Shown here piece after piece: positions 19,749-29,719 of a DNA stretch of 64,000 nt. The notes beneath the pieces were generated by a model that saw nothing but the letters and a program-made list of their open reading frames with translations, ran no database searches and had not been told where the DNA came from. The stretch spans positions 1,760,001 through 1,824,000 of the forward strand of contig CBDCWI010000002.1 in the NCBI GenBank assembly GCA_965223325.1, written 5' to 3'. Source of the stretch: Candidatus Multivoradales bacterium (GTDB lineage: Bacteria; Acidobacteriota; Thermoanaerobaculia; Multivoradales; Multivoraceae). How positions within the stretch are numbered: position 1 is the first letter of the stretch; every line of letters begins with the position of its first letter. Both the position numbers and the translations under genes were made by a program.

Positions 19749-22324
19749 TCACACCAGGCGCCGCCAGGCGATGACACCGAGGAGCAGGAAGAGCGCCAGA
19801 GCCCCGGCATCTCCAAGCGCCGGGATTCCTGCGGCACCACCGCCACCGATGCCCTCATTGGGGTCGAAGCCTGTCGGCGGTGGCGGTGGCGGTGCTGACG
19901 GTGGCGGAACACCCGAGGGGCCGCCGACATAGGGCGCGCGTTCGAAGATCCTCACAACGTCGGGCCGCTGCGCCAGCTCGCGGAGGACGCCAGGCCAGTT
20001 GGCCTCATCCACGGTGCCACTAGCCACGCGAACCGTCGTCGACGAGTTGCGATCGCTGATCGCCAATGAGCTGGGGACGAACAGACGCTCGAGCACCCGC
20101 TGCGTTTCGGCATTGAACTCCTCGTCGTCGACAAACTGAACCAGCAGCGCACGCTCAGGCAACGCCACCTCGGCTTCAGTCCAGGCCACCGGAAGCTTCA
20201 GGTAAGGAGGCAGTACGAAGGCGTTGAGCAGAACTGACCCATGAGGCGAACTCGGCTCCTCCCAAAGCGGCGGCGGCAACGCCATCTGGAGGGCTGAAAA
20301 GGCATCGGGCGACACACGGGCAGCGACAGCGCTCCCGCCGTAGCCGGCGAACAGCACTTCGAGGTCGAATTCACGCTCGAGGTCTTCCCAGGAATAGTCG
20401 AGGTTCATCCACTGTAGAACGACCACGCGATGGCCACCGACGTCGGGCGGCGTTTCCCATCCCGGCGGCGGGGCCAACGCCTCATTGACGGGGTCCCACC
20501 GATAGCTTCCGAAGTGAATGTGGATCGGGAGCGACGAGATCGCGTCGCTGAGCGCGCTGAGCTCGTCGAGCCGCCGATCTGGCACCCGCGCAAAGTCATG
20601 CGTCTCGCCACCGGTCGTCGCCGACAACAGAACCTGGACCTCGGGATCTGCCGGATCGAGGATACCCGGCGCCGCTTTGACGATGACGTGATCGGTGAGG
20701 ATCGTTGCCGCCTGGCTCTCGCCCAGGGTCGCCATCAGCGCGTAGACGTCGGGCCGTCTCGCCAACTTCAGGATTGCGTCCCGTTCGAGCCAGGCTGTCA
20801 GGTGCCGGTCGCCTCCGGCGGATGAGGTGTGGACGGGCCCGCTGGCCAGGTTCGCGAGAAGCGCCTCGGTGACCGGACCCTCCACAGCACCGCGAGCGCG
20901 GGAGATGCGTACCTTGCGGTAGCGCTCGTTCCCTGCCAGCAGAAGCGGATCGATCTTGAGCGGCGCGGCGAGCGGCCGGGCATAGCCGAGGAATCGCGGT
21001 GGATCGCTCGCATTGGCTTGGCGGAACAAGCCAGCCGTCGTTCGAGATCCGAGGGCGTCGTCCGAACACGCCACTGCCCATAGGCGATTCGCTGGGCTCG
21101 CGCACCTTCCTGGACGACCGTATTGAACCACTCTTCCCGGCCGTTCGGCGTGAGGGTCGAAACGACGGCGAAGTCCAACCCATCGCGCGAGATGTCGGAC
21201 AGGGGTCGCGGGGTGGCGCTTGCGGGGTGGGCCAAGGGCGGGCTACAGAGTCGCGTGAGCGGTAGCCGCACCGACTCGTCGAGGAACCCGACCCGCGCCA
21301 GATCACGTGGCGGGATCTCTCGCAGCCGGTCGGCCAGGACTCGGTGCCAGATCTCGTTCTCTCCTCCATACAGCACCTCGACCGCTGGATCGTCGACGTC
21401 GATGACGCTCGCCAACCGGCGCACCCGCAGTACCTCCCGCAGCCGCGGCCAGTGACAGGTTCGGCCTGCGTCGTGCCGCCGAATCGAGATGACGTCGGGG
21501 CGCCGGGCGAGCGTCGCCAGGTCGATTCCCGCAAGCACCACCTGGTGCGCGAGGAGAGCCCCTCTCTGATGGGTCTGCGGCGGACTGGCCGAGTGCTCCT
21601 CGAGCCAGGCAATCGTGGTGGGCGTGTCGCGCCCCCAAACGCTCACCACCGAGAGACTCTCGGAGCTCGCATCGTTCAGGTCCAGTTCCGCATCGAGCTT
21701 GAAGAAGGGATGGAACGGTTCAGCCCACTGCAGCGCCCGAGGCGGAGCACTCGCTCGCGGACGGGCAAACAAGTCCTCGCGAAACTGCCGCGAAGTGAAG
21801 TCTTCGCGTTCTTCCGGGGTCGGCCAGAACACGCGTAGGCCCGGATCGACGTAAGGCTCGTCCGACGATGTCAAGACATGCTTGGAAGCATCGGAAAACG
21901 CGTTTCGATCCGGGTCGTTGTAGAACCAATCAAAAGGCTGTACCAACCACAAACCGTCGTCTGTTGGATCAGCACGAAGAGCTGGCGGGATCTCTGGCAT
22001 CCCGGCATAGGTATCGAAGTCGCCCGCGGGGAGTCTGATCAGGTCGCTGATCTGATGCGGCCTGTCCGACGGATCGAGAGCCTCGTAGCTTCGGCGGGGA
22101 ATCCGGAAGATTGTCCGTCGCGACCAGGACTCGTGCACAGCCAGCTCGTGAAGGGGACCCTCCTGGAGCAGCGGCGTAAACGACTCGTACGGTCGATCTC
22201 CCGCCACCAACACCTTGACGGTTGCGCTCGTTCCGTCGTCGGTGGGCTGACCAACAACCGGAGCAGCGACTACCGCGACCAGGTAGAGCACCGCGAGCCA
22301 ACGGCCGGATCTCCACCGGGTCAT
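19749..22324 (-). pseudogene. Frameshifted secreted protein with three subtilase-propeptide-like modules and an IPTL-CTERM-like anchor (or intact gene with a sequencing error)
   Basis: ORF 20798..22336 supplies the signal peptide and first modules. ORF 19749..21131 supplies the rest and the 'IPALGDAGALALFLLLGVIAWRRL' tail. The frames join with a 1-nt shift near 21030. LA(R/Q)RPDV occurs three times. Confidence 0.65.
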
Positions 22325-22502
22325 CGAGACTTCCATGATCTTCTATGCTTTTTTAACATTTTTCTTATGCTACTCAAGCGTCACTTGGTTGGCAAGTCGC
22401 TGCCCGCCGTGAGAAAGCGCGGCCGGGGTGTAACAAGAGAACCGAGCTCCGGAAGGAAGGTCACAGCAAACGATTCACTGACCCATTCCCTGGAGATCCA
22501 CC

Positions 22503-23027
22503 ATGAAAAACCTGACCGCCCTGCTTCTCGCAGCAGCCTTTGTCATCGCCCATCCCGCCGAAGCCAAGAAGCCGAAGTTCGAGTTCGAGTCGACTCCCGG
22601 CGTCAACGTCCTCAAGACCATGGGCTACGAAGTGTTCCTCTTTCTCCAGCGCAGCCCCGAAGGCGAGCACTGGGTGCGCGCCGTCGTCTCCGACCCGCTG
22701 CGCTTCGGCAAGAAAGCCAAGGTAATCGAAGACTTCCTGCTCGAAATCGACGGCGAGGAGCAGCATCTCGTCTGCTACAACTCGGACAACCGTCGCACGG
22801 TAGCGGGACCGCCGGGTCTTCTGTCTCTGGCCCACAAGATCGAGGGCAACGCCTGCCCCATCTCTGCCGAAGACTTCGAGCGCCTGATGAGCGCCACCTC
22901 GATCAGCACACAGCTGACGATCAACGGCAAGGTTCGCAAGCGCAACGAATGGAGCAAGCGGATGAAGCGGCGCTGGAGCCGACTCGAAACGCTCCGCAGT
23001 CGCGAGCGGCCAGGCCTCGGTTCCTGA
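22503..23027 (+). CDS. Hypothetical secreted protein
   Basis: GGAG RBS, a clear signal peptide (MKNLTALLLAAAFVIAHPAEA) and typical codon usage. Confidence 0.75.
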   Translation: MKNLTALLLAAAFVIAHPAEAKKPKFEFESTPGVNVLKTMGYEVFLFLQRSPEGEHWVRAVVSDPLRFGKKAKVIEDFLLEIDGEEQHLVCYNSDNRRTVAGPPGLLSLAHKIEGNACPISAEDFERLMSATSISTQLTINGKVRKRNEWSKRMKRRWSRLETLRSRERPGLGS

Positions 23028-23148
23028 AGCTCGAGCGATCGACAGGCCCCAACGACCCGGGGTGCTCTCCATCAGGAGGCGCCGGTGCCGACCGGGGCCA
23101 CCGTTAGCCAGTCACCGCGGCCGACAACGGTCGCGGTGACCGCTTCTG

Positions 23149-23478
23149 GTGTTCCAGCCCTCTGCGACGGGGCCCCCAAGCGGGCGCATCGTTCGTGTAT
23201 CAGGCCGTCGCATCATGATCGCCTACGCGGCGCTGCCGCCACTGCTCGATCTCGCCGGCCCCAGCCTGCCGCGCAATGAGGTCATCGCTCTCGATGGTCG
23301 CGTCGTCGGAGTGAGCGTCGCCGTCACCCTGGCCGCCGTTCTAGCCGCCAGCCTCGGCCCACTCCTGATCGTCGCGGGCCCGTCCAGGAGCGGCCGTGCC
23401 TTGACCAGGGCTCTTGCCGTGATTCCCACACTTTCTTCGACCCACATCGACCCAGCCGAAGTGCAGCGAAGCGTGTAG
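23149..23478 (+). pseudogene. Probable remnant of an ADOP/FtsX permease
   Basis: 'LPRNEVIALDGRVVGVSVAVTLAAVLAASLGP' resembles the 'LPR..EI.LD.RVL.F...SL..G..FG..P' segment of ADOP permeases (compare 12570-12670). The rest of such a protein is absent. Confidence 0.4.
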
Positions 23479-23532
23479 TTGCCGGGCGGCAGGTCGCAGA
23501 GGGTGTTGACCACAGGACGGTAGGCTGCTGGC

Positions 23533-25902
23533 ATGCAGACGCCTGAAGCGACCAGCATCAAAGGCGAGAACCCGCCCGCCACCGAGCGCGGCTTCATCCT
23601 GCAACCGACCTATCGGGTGCGCGCTGGGCACCCTGTGGTCGTCATGTTCGGCGTCCTCGAAAGTGGTGCGAGCTTCGCGCTTCGCGACGACCGTCAAACT
23701 CCACACTTCTGGATCGAAGCAGAGGACGCCGAGGCGGCGCGCGCGCTGAGTGCTCCGACACCCCAGCCGAGCGAGCACAAGACGATGACCGGCAAGGCTG
23801 TCAACCGCATCGACGTGCGCACTCCCCGCGACGCGCCCCTGCTGCGCGACCGCCTGCACGAAAGCGGCATCTCGACCTACGAAGCCGACGTACGCTTTGC
23901 GATGCGCTACCTGATCGACCGTGGCATTCGCGGTTCGATCAACATCACCGGCCGGTGGACCCCCGGCGAGCGCACCAGCCAGGTGTTTCGCGATCCCGAA
24001 GTCTCCCCCGGCGATTTCGTGCCTCGCCTGCGAGTGCTGTCGATTGACATCGAAACCGACCCGAAGATTCGCAACGTACTCTCGATCGGGCTCTACGGCA
24101 GCGGGGCGCACGAGGTGTTGCTCGTCGATCGCCCGGGCTCACCCAGTCCCGCCGACGCGACCGTCGCCACCGGCGAGGCCGATCTACTCACCACGTTTGC
24201 CGAGCGGGTTCGCACCTACGATCCCGACGTGATCGTCGGCTGGAACGTCGCCGATTTCGACTTCGACGTGTTGCTGCGCCGCGCTGCTGAGCTGGGTGTG
24301 CGACTCGACCTCGGGCGCGCGCCGGGCAACACGACGCTTCGACGGGGCGACGGCTGGCGGCAGGCGACTCAGGTTTCGATTCCCGGGCGCGTGGTCCTCG
24401 ACGGTCCGCTTTCGCTGCGCAGCTCGTTCATCAGCATGGAGCGCATGAGTCTCGATTTCGTCGCTCGCGAGGTGCTGGGTGAAGGCAAGAGTCATTCCGG
24501 CGACGATCGCGCCGAAGCAATTCTCGACTGGTTCGAGAACGACCGCCAACGCCTGGTCGAGTACAACCTTCGCGACGCGCGCCTCGCGCTCGAGATCTTC
24601 GAGCAGCTCGAGCTGGTCGAACTAGCAGTCGAGCGCAGCAGGATTACCGGTATGCCGATCGATCGGGTCTCGGCGTCGGTTGCTTCTTTTGACTCGCTTT
24701 ATCTCTCCGAGCTCCACCGTCGCAAGACGGTCGCCCCGAGCGTTGGCGACCCGGCCGGGCCGAACCGCGAACATTTCACGCCGATGACCGGTGGCCATCT
24801 GTTGGTACCGGTGCCAGGGCTGCACGAGAACGTGCTGGTACTCGACTTCAAGAGCCTCTACCCGAGCCTCATGCGCACCTTCCAGATCGACCCGCTCGGC
24901 TACGCCCGTGGCCGCACCGCAACCGACGCGCTCGAAGCGCCCAACGGGGCGCGCTTCGAGCGCCGTCCGGGAATCCTGACCGACATTCTCAACGACCTCT
25001 TCCCGCGGCGCGAACAGGCAAAGAAAACCGGCAACGAGAGCGCCAGCCAGGCGATCAAAATCTTGATGAACTCGTTCTACGGCATCTTCGGCACTCCCGC
25101 CTGTCGCTTCTTCGAACCGGGCATCGCCAACGCGATCACCGGCTTCGGCAAGGAGATACTGCTCTACACACGCGACCTGTTCGAGAAGCGCGGCTACCCC
25201 GTCCTCTACGGCGACACCGACAGCCTGTTCGTGCTTTCGGGCGAAGACCGTCTCGCCGCCCTCGCTCTCGCACCCCGCCTGGCCGCGGAGCTCAACCGCG
25301 AGATCGCCGCGCACTTGCGCCGGACCTATCGGGTCGAAAGTCGCTTGGAGCTCGAGTTCGAACACCTCTTCGTGCGTCTCTTCCTGCCAACGACTCGCGG
25401 AGGCAGCGAGGGCGCACTCAAACGCTACGCCGGCCTGATCGCCACCGACGACGGCGACCGTGTTTCCTTCACAGGCCTCGAAGCGGTACGCCGCGACTGG
25501 ACCGACTTCGCGCGCCGCGCCCAGCGCTTGCTCTACGAGCGGCTCTTCCGTGACCAGCCGATCGAAGAAGAACTGCAGCAGCTGGTCGAAAGGCTACGCG
25601 CCGGCGAACTCAACGACCTCCTGGTCTACCGCAAGGCGATGCGCAAGGACGAGAGCGAGTACACCCGCACGACCCCCCCGCACGTCGCCGCCGCCCGCAA
25701 GATGAAAGCACCCCCGGGCCGCCTCATCGAGTACGTCATGACCCGCGGCGGCCCCGAACCAGCCGAGGAAAGAACGAACGCCTTCGACTACGCCCACTAC
25801 GTCACCAAACAACTCCGCCCAATCGCCGAACCGGTCCTCGAGGTCTTGGGGCTCGACTTCGAAAAGGTGATCGGCGACGACGTGCAACTGGACCTCTTCT
25901 GA
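23533..25902 (+). CDS. polB: DNA polymerase II (family B)
   Basis: Exonuclease motifs SIDIET, GWNVADFD and YNLRD. Polymerase motifs DFKSLYPS, KILMNSFYG, YGDTDS and KRYAG. C-terminal QLDLF clamp-binding-like motif. Confidence 0.95.
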   Translation: MQTPEATSIKGENPPATERGFILQPTYRVRAGHPVVVMFGVLESGASFALRDDRQTPHFWIEAEDAEAARALSAPTPQPSEHKTMTGKAVNRIDVRTPRDAPLLRDRLHESGISTYEADVRFAMRYLIDRGIRGSINITGRWTPGERTSQVFRDPEVSPGDFVPRLRVLSIDIETDPKIRNVLSIGLYGSGAHEVLLVDRPGSPSPADATVATGEADLLTTFAERVRTYDPDVIVGWNVADFDFDVLLRRAAELGVRLDLGRAPGNTTLRRGDGWRQATQVSIPGRVVLDGPLSLRSSFISMERMSLDFVAREVLGEGKSHSGDDRAEAILDWFENDRQRLVEYNLRDARLALEIFEQLELVELAVERSRITGMPIDRVSASVASFDSLYLSELHRRKTVAPSVGDPAGPNREHFTPMTGGHLLVPVPGLHENVLVLDFKSLYPSLMRTFQIDPLGYARGRTATDALEAPNGARFERRPGILTDILNDLFPRREQAKKTGNESASQAIKILMNSFYGIFGTPACRFFEPGIANAITGFGKEILLYTRDLFEKRGYPVLYGDTDSLFVLSGEDRLAALALAPRLAAELNREIAAHLRRTYRVESRLELEFEHLFVRLFLPTTRGGSEGALKRYAGLIATDDGDRVSFTGLEAVRRDWTDFARRAQRLLYERLFRDQPIEEELQQLVERLRAGELNDLLVYRKAMRKDESEYTRTTPPHVAAARKMKAPPGRLIEYVMTRGGPEPAEERTNAFDYAHYVTKQLRPIAEPVLEVLGLDFEKVIGDDVQLDLF

Positions 25903-25905
25903 GCC

Positions 25906-27022
25906 CCGGCGGATCACCAGCTCAACATCGAAACCCAGTACTCGCCAGACTAGAACGGCTCGATTTCTGTCCTTGCCGCTTCCTTTTGTGGTTGTTGTTT
26001 CGTTTGTTGTTGTTGTTGGTTCGTGGTTGTCGGAGGGTTTGGGGTGGAAATCGGCCGTGGTGGCAGGCGATGGGCGACGCTCCTGGGCACGGCGACGCTT
26101 CTTCGCACTGCGGTGGGCAGCGCCGCCTGCGCTCGACGGCCGCGAATCGTCTATCGCCTGCGGTGGCGGTACAAGCTCGGCCGCCGAGAGCACCCTGGAC
26201 CGTCGCCCATGCGCCCGCCCCCACTCTCGCGCTACAGACAAGGTAGGGACGAACGTTTGAACGGGAGTCGACGCGGCATCTAGGGGGGCAGGGATCTCGC
26301 TTAGGGCGGGGGGGCGGTGGTGGTTGAGAGGACCGGGCGTTGGTGCCGGGCTCGTGGTAGCAGGACCGCTGGAGGGAAGTCTGAAAGGAGCACAGCAGGC
26401 GAGGAACGAGCTCGGCCGAGCTCTTCCGAGCTGGCTGGTGCCAGCATCCACGATCTTTTTCAGTCTGGGGGAGTGAGTCGGTCCACGCGAAGCGCAAACA
26501 AGGCTTGCCGACGGGACCGAAGGCGCCGACAAGCCAGCTCTTTCTCATTGGCGTCACCGGCTCAACGAAGGGCTCCGCAATGGTGTAGGTCCTCCCAACC
26601 ACCACCGCCCCCCCGCCCTAAGCGAGATCCCTGCCCGCCTAGATGCCGCGTCGACTCCGGAACGCGTTGCCTGGCCGTTGGTAGCAGCGCGAGAGTGGGG
26701 GCGGGCGCATGGGCGACGGTCCAGGGTGCTCTCGGCGGCCGAGCTTGTACCGCCACCGCAGGCGATAGACGATTCGCGGCCGTCGAGCGCAGGCGGCGCT
26801 GCCCACCGCAGTGCGAAGAAGCGTCGCCGTGCCCAGGAGCGTCGCCCATGTGTTCGCCCCCACGGCCGATCCATCCCAAACCCTCCGACAACCACGAACC
26901 AACAACAACAAACGAAACAACAAACGAAACAACAACCACAAAAGAAAGCGGCAAGGACAGAAATCGAGCCGTCCTACTTCTGGCGTGTAGTGCGCTGCGA
27001 CCCGGCAGGATCGATCCGCCGG
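25906..27022. repeat. Giant inverted repeat: two ~430-bp arms (25906-26334, 26588-27022) around a ~250-bp spacer
   Basis: The arms are reverse complements over long identical stretches (e.g. ~26070-26233 vs ~26687-26849), with colinear diverged patches at the outer ends. Confidence 0.92.
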
Positions 27023-27026
27023 CTTC

Positions 27027-28451
27027 CTAGCCCGTTTCGGCTAGCTCCTTTTGAACCACCCCGTCGTCCTCGAAACCCTCGATGCCCCAGCCCAGGGTGC
27101 GCGGTTCGCCGTCGACCGTTGTTTCGAGCAGGACCTTGCGGCCCCACAGAGTATGGAGGTGCTCGAGGGCGTGGCGGGCGTACTCGATTTCGAGGTCGCG
27201 ACCGTCGTGGGCATGGCGCAGGAAAAGCGTGCGGGTGCCGCCCGCATCTGCGTCTTCGATGCGAATCACTGGGAACGAACCGAGCCCCACTTGAGAGAGC
27301 AAGGCCGTCTTGACGCTCTGCCAGCCGCCATCGTCGGCGACATTCTCAATCACCAGGTCGTCGCCCTTGGCGCCGTACTCGAACATGTCGAGGTCACGCA
27401 TCAGCTCCGGGCCCAGGAAGCGGCGCAGGAACGAGACGTCGCGGTCGACCTCGCGTACCTTGAAGATCTCGGCCATGGCATCCGGCGAATCGAGACCGCC
27501 GTTCTTCTCGACAATGTCGTGCCACACCTTGAACCCGAGGTAGTACGGGTTGATCTGACCCGGGATCGGCCGCAGCACCTGCGCGTGGTGCACCGAGAAC
27601 TCCAGGTGGAGATCGGCCGAGAGCTCGAGGCGGTTCATGATCCAGTGGTGCCAGAAACTCGCCCAGCCCTCGTTCATGATCTTGGTTTCGATCTGAGGCA
27701 GGAAGTACTCCGTGCGCTCGTGAACGATCGTCAGGATGTCGCGCTGCCAGTCCTCGAGGAAACGGTTGTTGTCGCGAATGAACAGCAGCACGTCCTCCTC
27801 CGGCTCGAGCGGTAGTCGCGTGTGGTCGTTCCCGGTCGGTTCGGGCTTCGGATGAATGCTGGCCCACTCGTCGTGCGGCACGTCGGCCTCTTCGGCGCGC
27901 GCAATCTGCTCCTCGGGATCGAGCTTGCGGAGTGCGAAGTTTCGCCGGCACTGGTAGGCGAGTGCCTGTGCCGCGTCGAGAATCTCCTCCACCCGATGGA
28001 TACCGATCGATGGATCTTCGATGTAGGAGCGCACCCGGTCGGCAGCGCTCTTGAAACGCGTCAACGTCAGCTCTGGCCGGGTGTGGTGGAAGGTGAAGTT
28101 GTTCTTGAAGAAGTCGTTGTGACCGTAGACGTGCGCGATGATGAGAACCTGTAGACACAGGGTGTTGTCCTTCATCAGGTAGGCGAGCGACGGGTTCGAG
28201 TTGATCACCAGCTCATACGGCAGCCCGCTGACGCCGAGCTCATAAAGCGTCTTCTGACGCTCGTAAGACTTGCCGTACGACCAGTGCGGGTAATGTGCCG
28301 GCATTCCCGAGTAGGCCATGTAGGCCAGCATCTGGTTGTGATCGCAGACCTCGAACTCCTGCGGAAAGCAGTCGAGCCCCGCTTCATCAACCAGCTGCAG
28401 AATGCGCTCGTCCCAACTCTCGAGATCGTCGAGGGTCCAGGCGGTGGTCAT
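27027..28451 (-). CDS. spoVR: SpoVR/YcgB family protein
   Basis: YPHWSYGKSY, YELVINSNP, AHVYGHNDFFKNN, PQIETKIMNEGWASFWH and NPYYLG motifs. ATGA overlap with the upstream gene. Confidence 0.93.
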   Translation of the reverse strand: MTTAWTLDDLESWDERILQLVDEAGLDCFPQEFEVCDHNQMLAYMAYSGMPAHYPHWSYGKSYERQKTLYELGVSGLPYELVINSNPSLAYLMKDNTLCLQVLIIAHVYGHNDFFKNNFTFHHTRPELTLTRFKSAADRVRSYIEDPSIGIHRVEEILDAAQALAYQCRRNFALRKLDPEEQIARAEEADVPHDEWASIHPKPEPTGNDHTRLPLEPEEDVLLFIRDNNRFLEDWQRDILTIVHERTEYFLPQIETKIMNEGWASFWHHWIMNRLELSADLHLEFSVHHAQVLRPIPGQINPYYLGFKVWHDIVEKNGGLDSPDAMAEIFKVREVDRDVSFLRRFLGPELMRDLDMFEYGAKGDDLVIENVADDGGWQSVKTALLSQVGLGSFPVIRIEDADAGGTRTLFLRHAHDGRDLEIEYARHALEHLHTLWGRKVLLETTVDGEPRTLGWGIEGFEDDGVVQKELAETG

Positions 28452-29683
28452 GCGGCCTCCTTCTCTGCCCCCAACAGGCGCTTGAGCGCCGGCCAGATGT
28501 CGTCTTTGCCGTTGATCTCGAGGGCGCGGAAGTTCGATGCGTCGAGCTTCTCCCACACCGAGAGCATCGAGCTAGCGTAGAACGAGGTAAAGGGGTGAGC
28601 GATCTTGCCTTTGATCTCGCCGTAGCCGAACAGGTTGCAGACCTCGCAGAGTTCCTTGGCCGCCGCTAGAGCTTTGTCGTTGTCGTGCCCGAAGTTGTCG
28701 CCGTCAGAGCAATGAAAGGCGTAGACGTTCCACATCGCCGGGTGGTAGCGATCGCGAATGATCTCGAGCGCCTTCTCGTAGCCCGACGAAATGCAGGTGC
28801 CACCCGACTCGCCCTTCGAGAAGAACTCCTCTTCGGTGACTTCGCGAGCGGTCGAATGGTGGGCAACGAACACCACCTCGACGTTCTGATAGCGCGAACG
28901 CACGAACTGGTAGAGCAGAAAGAAGAAGCTGCGCGCCAGGTACTTCTTCATCGTGTCCATCGACCCCGAGGTGTCCATAACGCAGATCACCACCGCGTTC
29001 GAGTGCGGGCGCTCCTCGGGTTGCAGGCGCTTGTAAGTCATGTCGTCCTTGTGGAACGGAAAGCGCTCTTCTTCTTCGGGCTCCGTGTCGGCGGGGGCCG
29101 GCAGCACACCTTCTTCGGCCATGCGGAACTTCCTGCGCTCTGCTGCCATCTTGCGGCGCAGCCGGTTCTTGACCGTGCGGCGCTTGTCGAGATGCACCCG
29201 GATGCCGGCACGTCGGAAGCCTTTGCGCTTGCGCTTTGCCTCGACGACGACATTGCGCAGGTTCTTGCGCTCGAGCTCGGGCAGTTCCAGGTCCTCGAAC
29301 ATCATCTCGATGAGCTCGGCGAGCGAGACCTCGGTCTCATAGTAGTCCTGGCCCGGATCGTTTCCAGCCGGTCCGATCCCCGGCTGAGGCTGTTGACCGT
29401 CACCCGCCTTACCGACCACCTGACCCTTCTGAGAATCACCGTTGCCGGTCGCGACCTTGTTGCCCTGGTTATTGCCGTAGACGAAGCGATACTCGCGGAT
29501 TCCGCGAATCGGCACCTTGACCATGCGATCAGCGCTCTTGCCGATGATCGACTCCTCAGAGAGAACATCGACCAGGTTGTCGCGAATCGCCTCGCGCACC
29601 TTCTCGCGATGACGCAGCCGATCCGAGGCGCTGCGATCAGAACGCAGGCCTTCGGATGAGCGGAAGGGCCGGAAGGTCGTCAC
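28448..29683 (-). CDS. yeaH: YeaH/YhbH (DUF444) vWA-like protein
   Basis: DRLRHREKV, IREYRFVY, MDTSGSM, ESGGTCISS and HCSDGDN motifs. Start at GTG 29683. Confidence 0.9.
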   Translation of the reverse strand: MTTFRPFRSSEGLRSDRSASDRLRHREKVREAIRDNLVDVLSEESIIGKSADRMVKVPIRGIREYRFVYGNNQGNKVATGNGDSQKGQVVGKAGDGQQPQPGIGPAGNDPGQDYYETEVSLAELIEMMFEDLELPELERKNLRNVVVEAKRKRKGFRRAGIRVHLDKRRTVKNRLRRKMAAERRKFRMAEEGVLPAPADTEPEEEERFPFHKDDMTYKRLQPEERPHSNAVVICVMDTSGSMDTMKKYLARSFFFLLYQFVRSRYQNVEVVFVAHHSTAREVTEEEFFSKGESGGTCISSGYEKALEIIRDRYHPAMWNVYAFHCSDGDNFGHDNDKALAAAKELCEVCNLFGYGEIKGKIAHPFTSFYASSMLSVWEKLDASNFRALEINGKDDIWPALKRLLGAEKEAA

Positions 29684-29719
29684 GAGAGCCCCCCAGGAAG
29701 GAGCCAGGGGTGAAGCCCC

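Noticed and set aside
23533-25902. Phage or mobile-element (casposon/pipolin) family B polymerase next to the inverted repeat
   Set aside because: The sequence looks like an ordinary cellular Pol II, and the inverted repeat lies downstream of the gene rather than flanking it. No integrase or cas1 is present.
25922-27313. ORFs of 200-300 aa within the giant inverted repeat (possible transposase)
   Set aside because: No DDE, HUH or serine-recombinase motifs. They are low-complexity and mirrored on both strands because of the palindrome.
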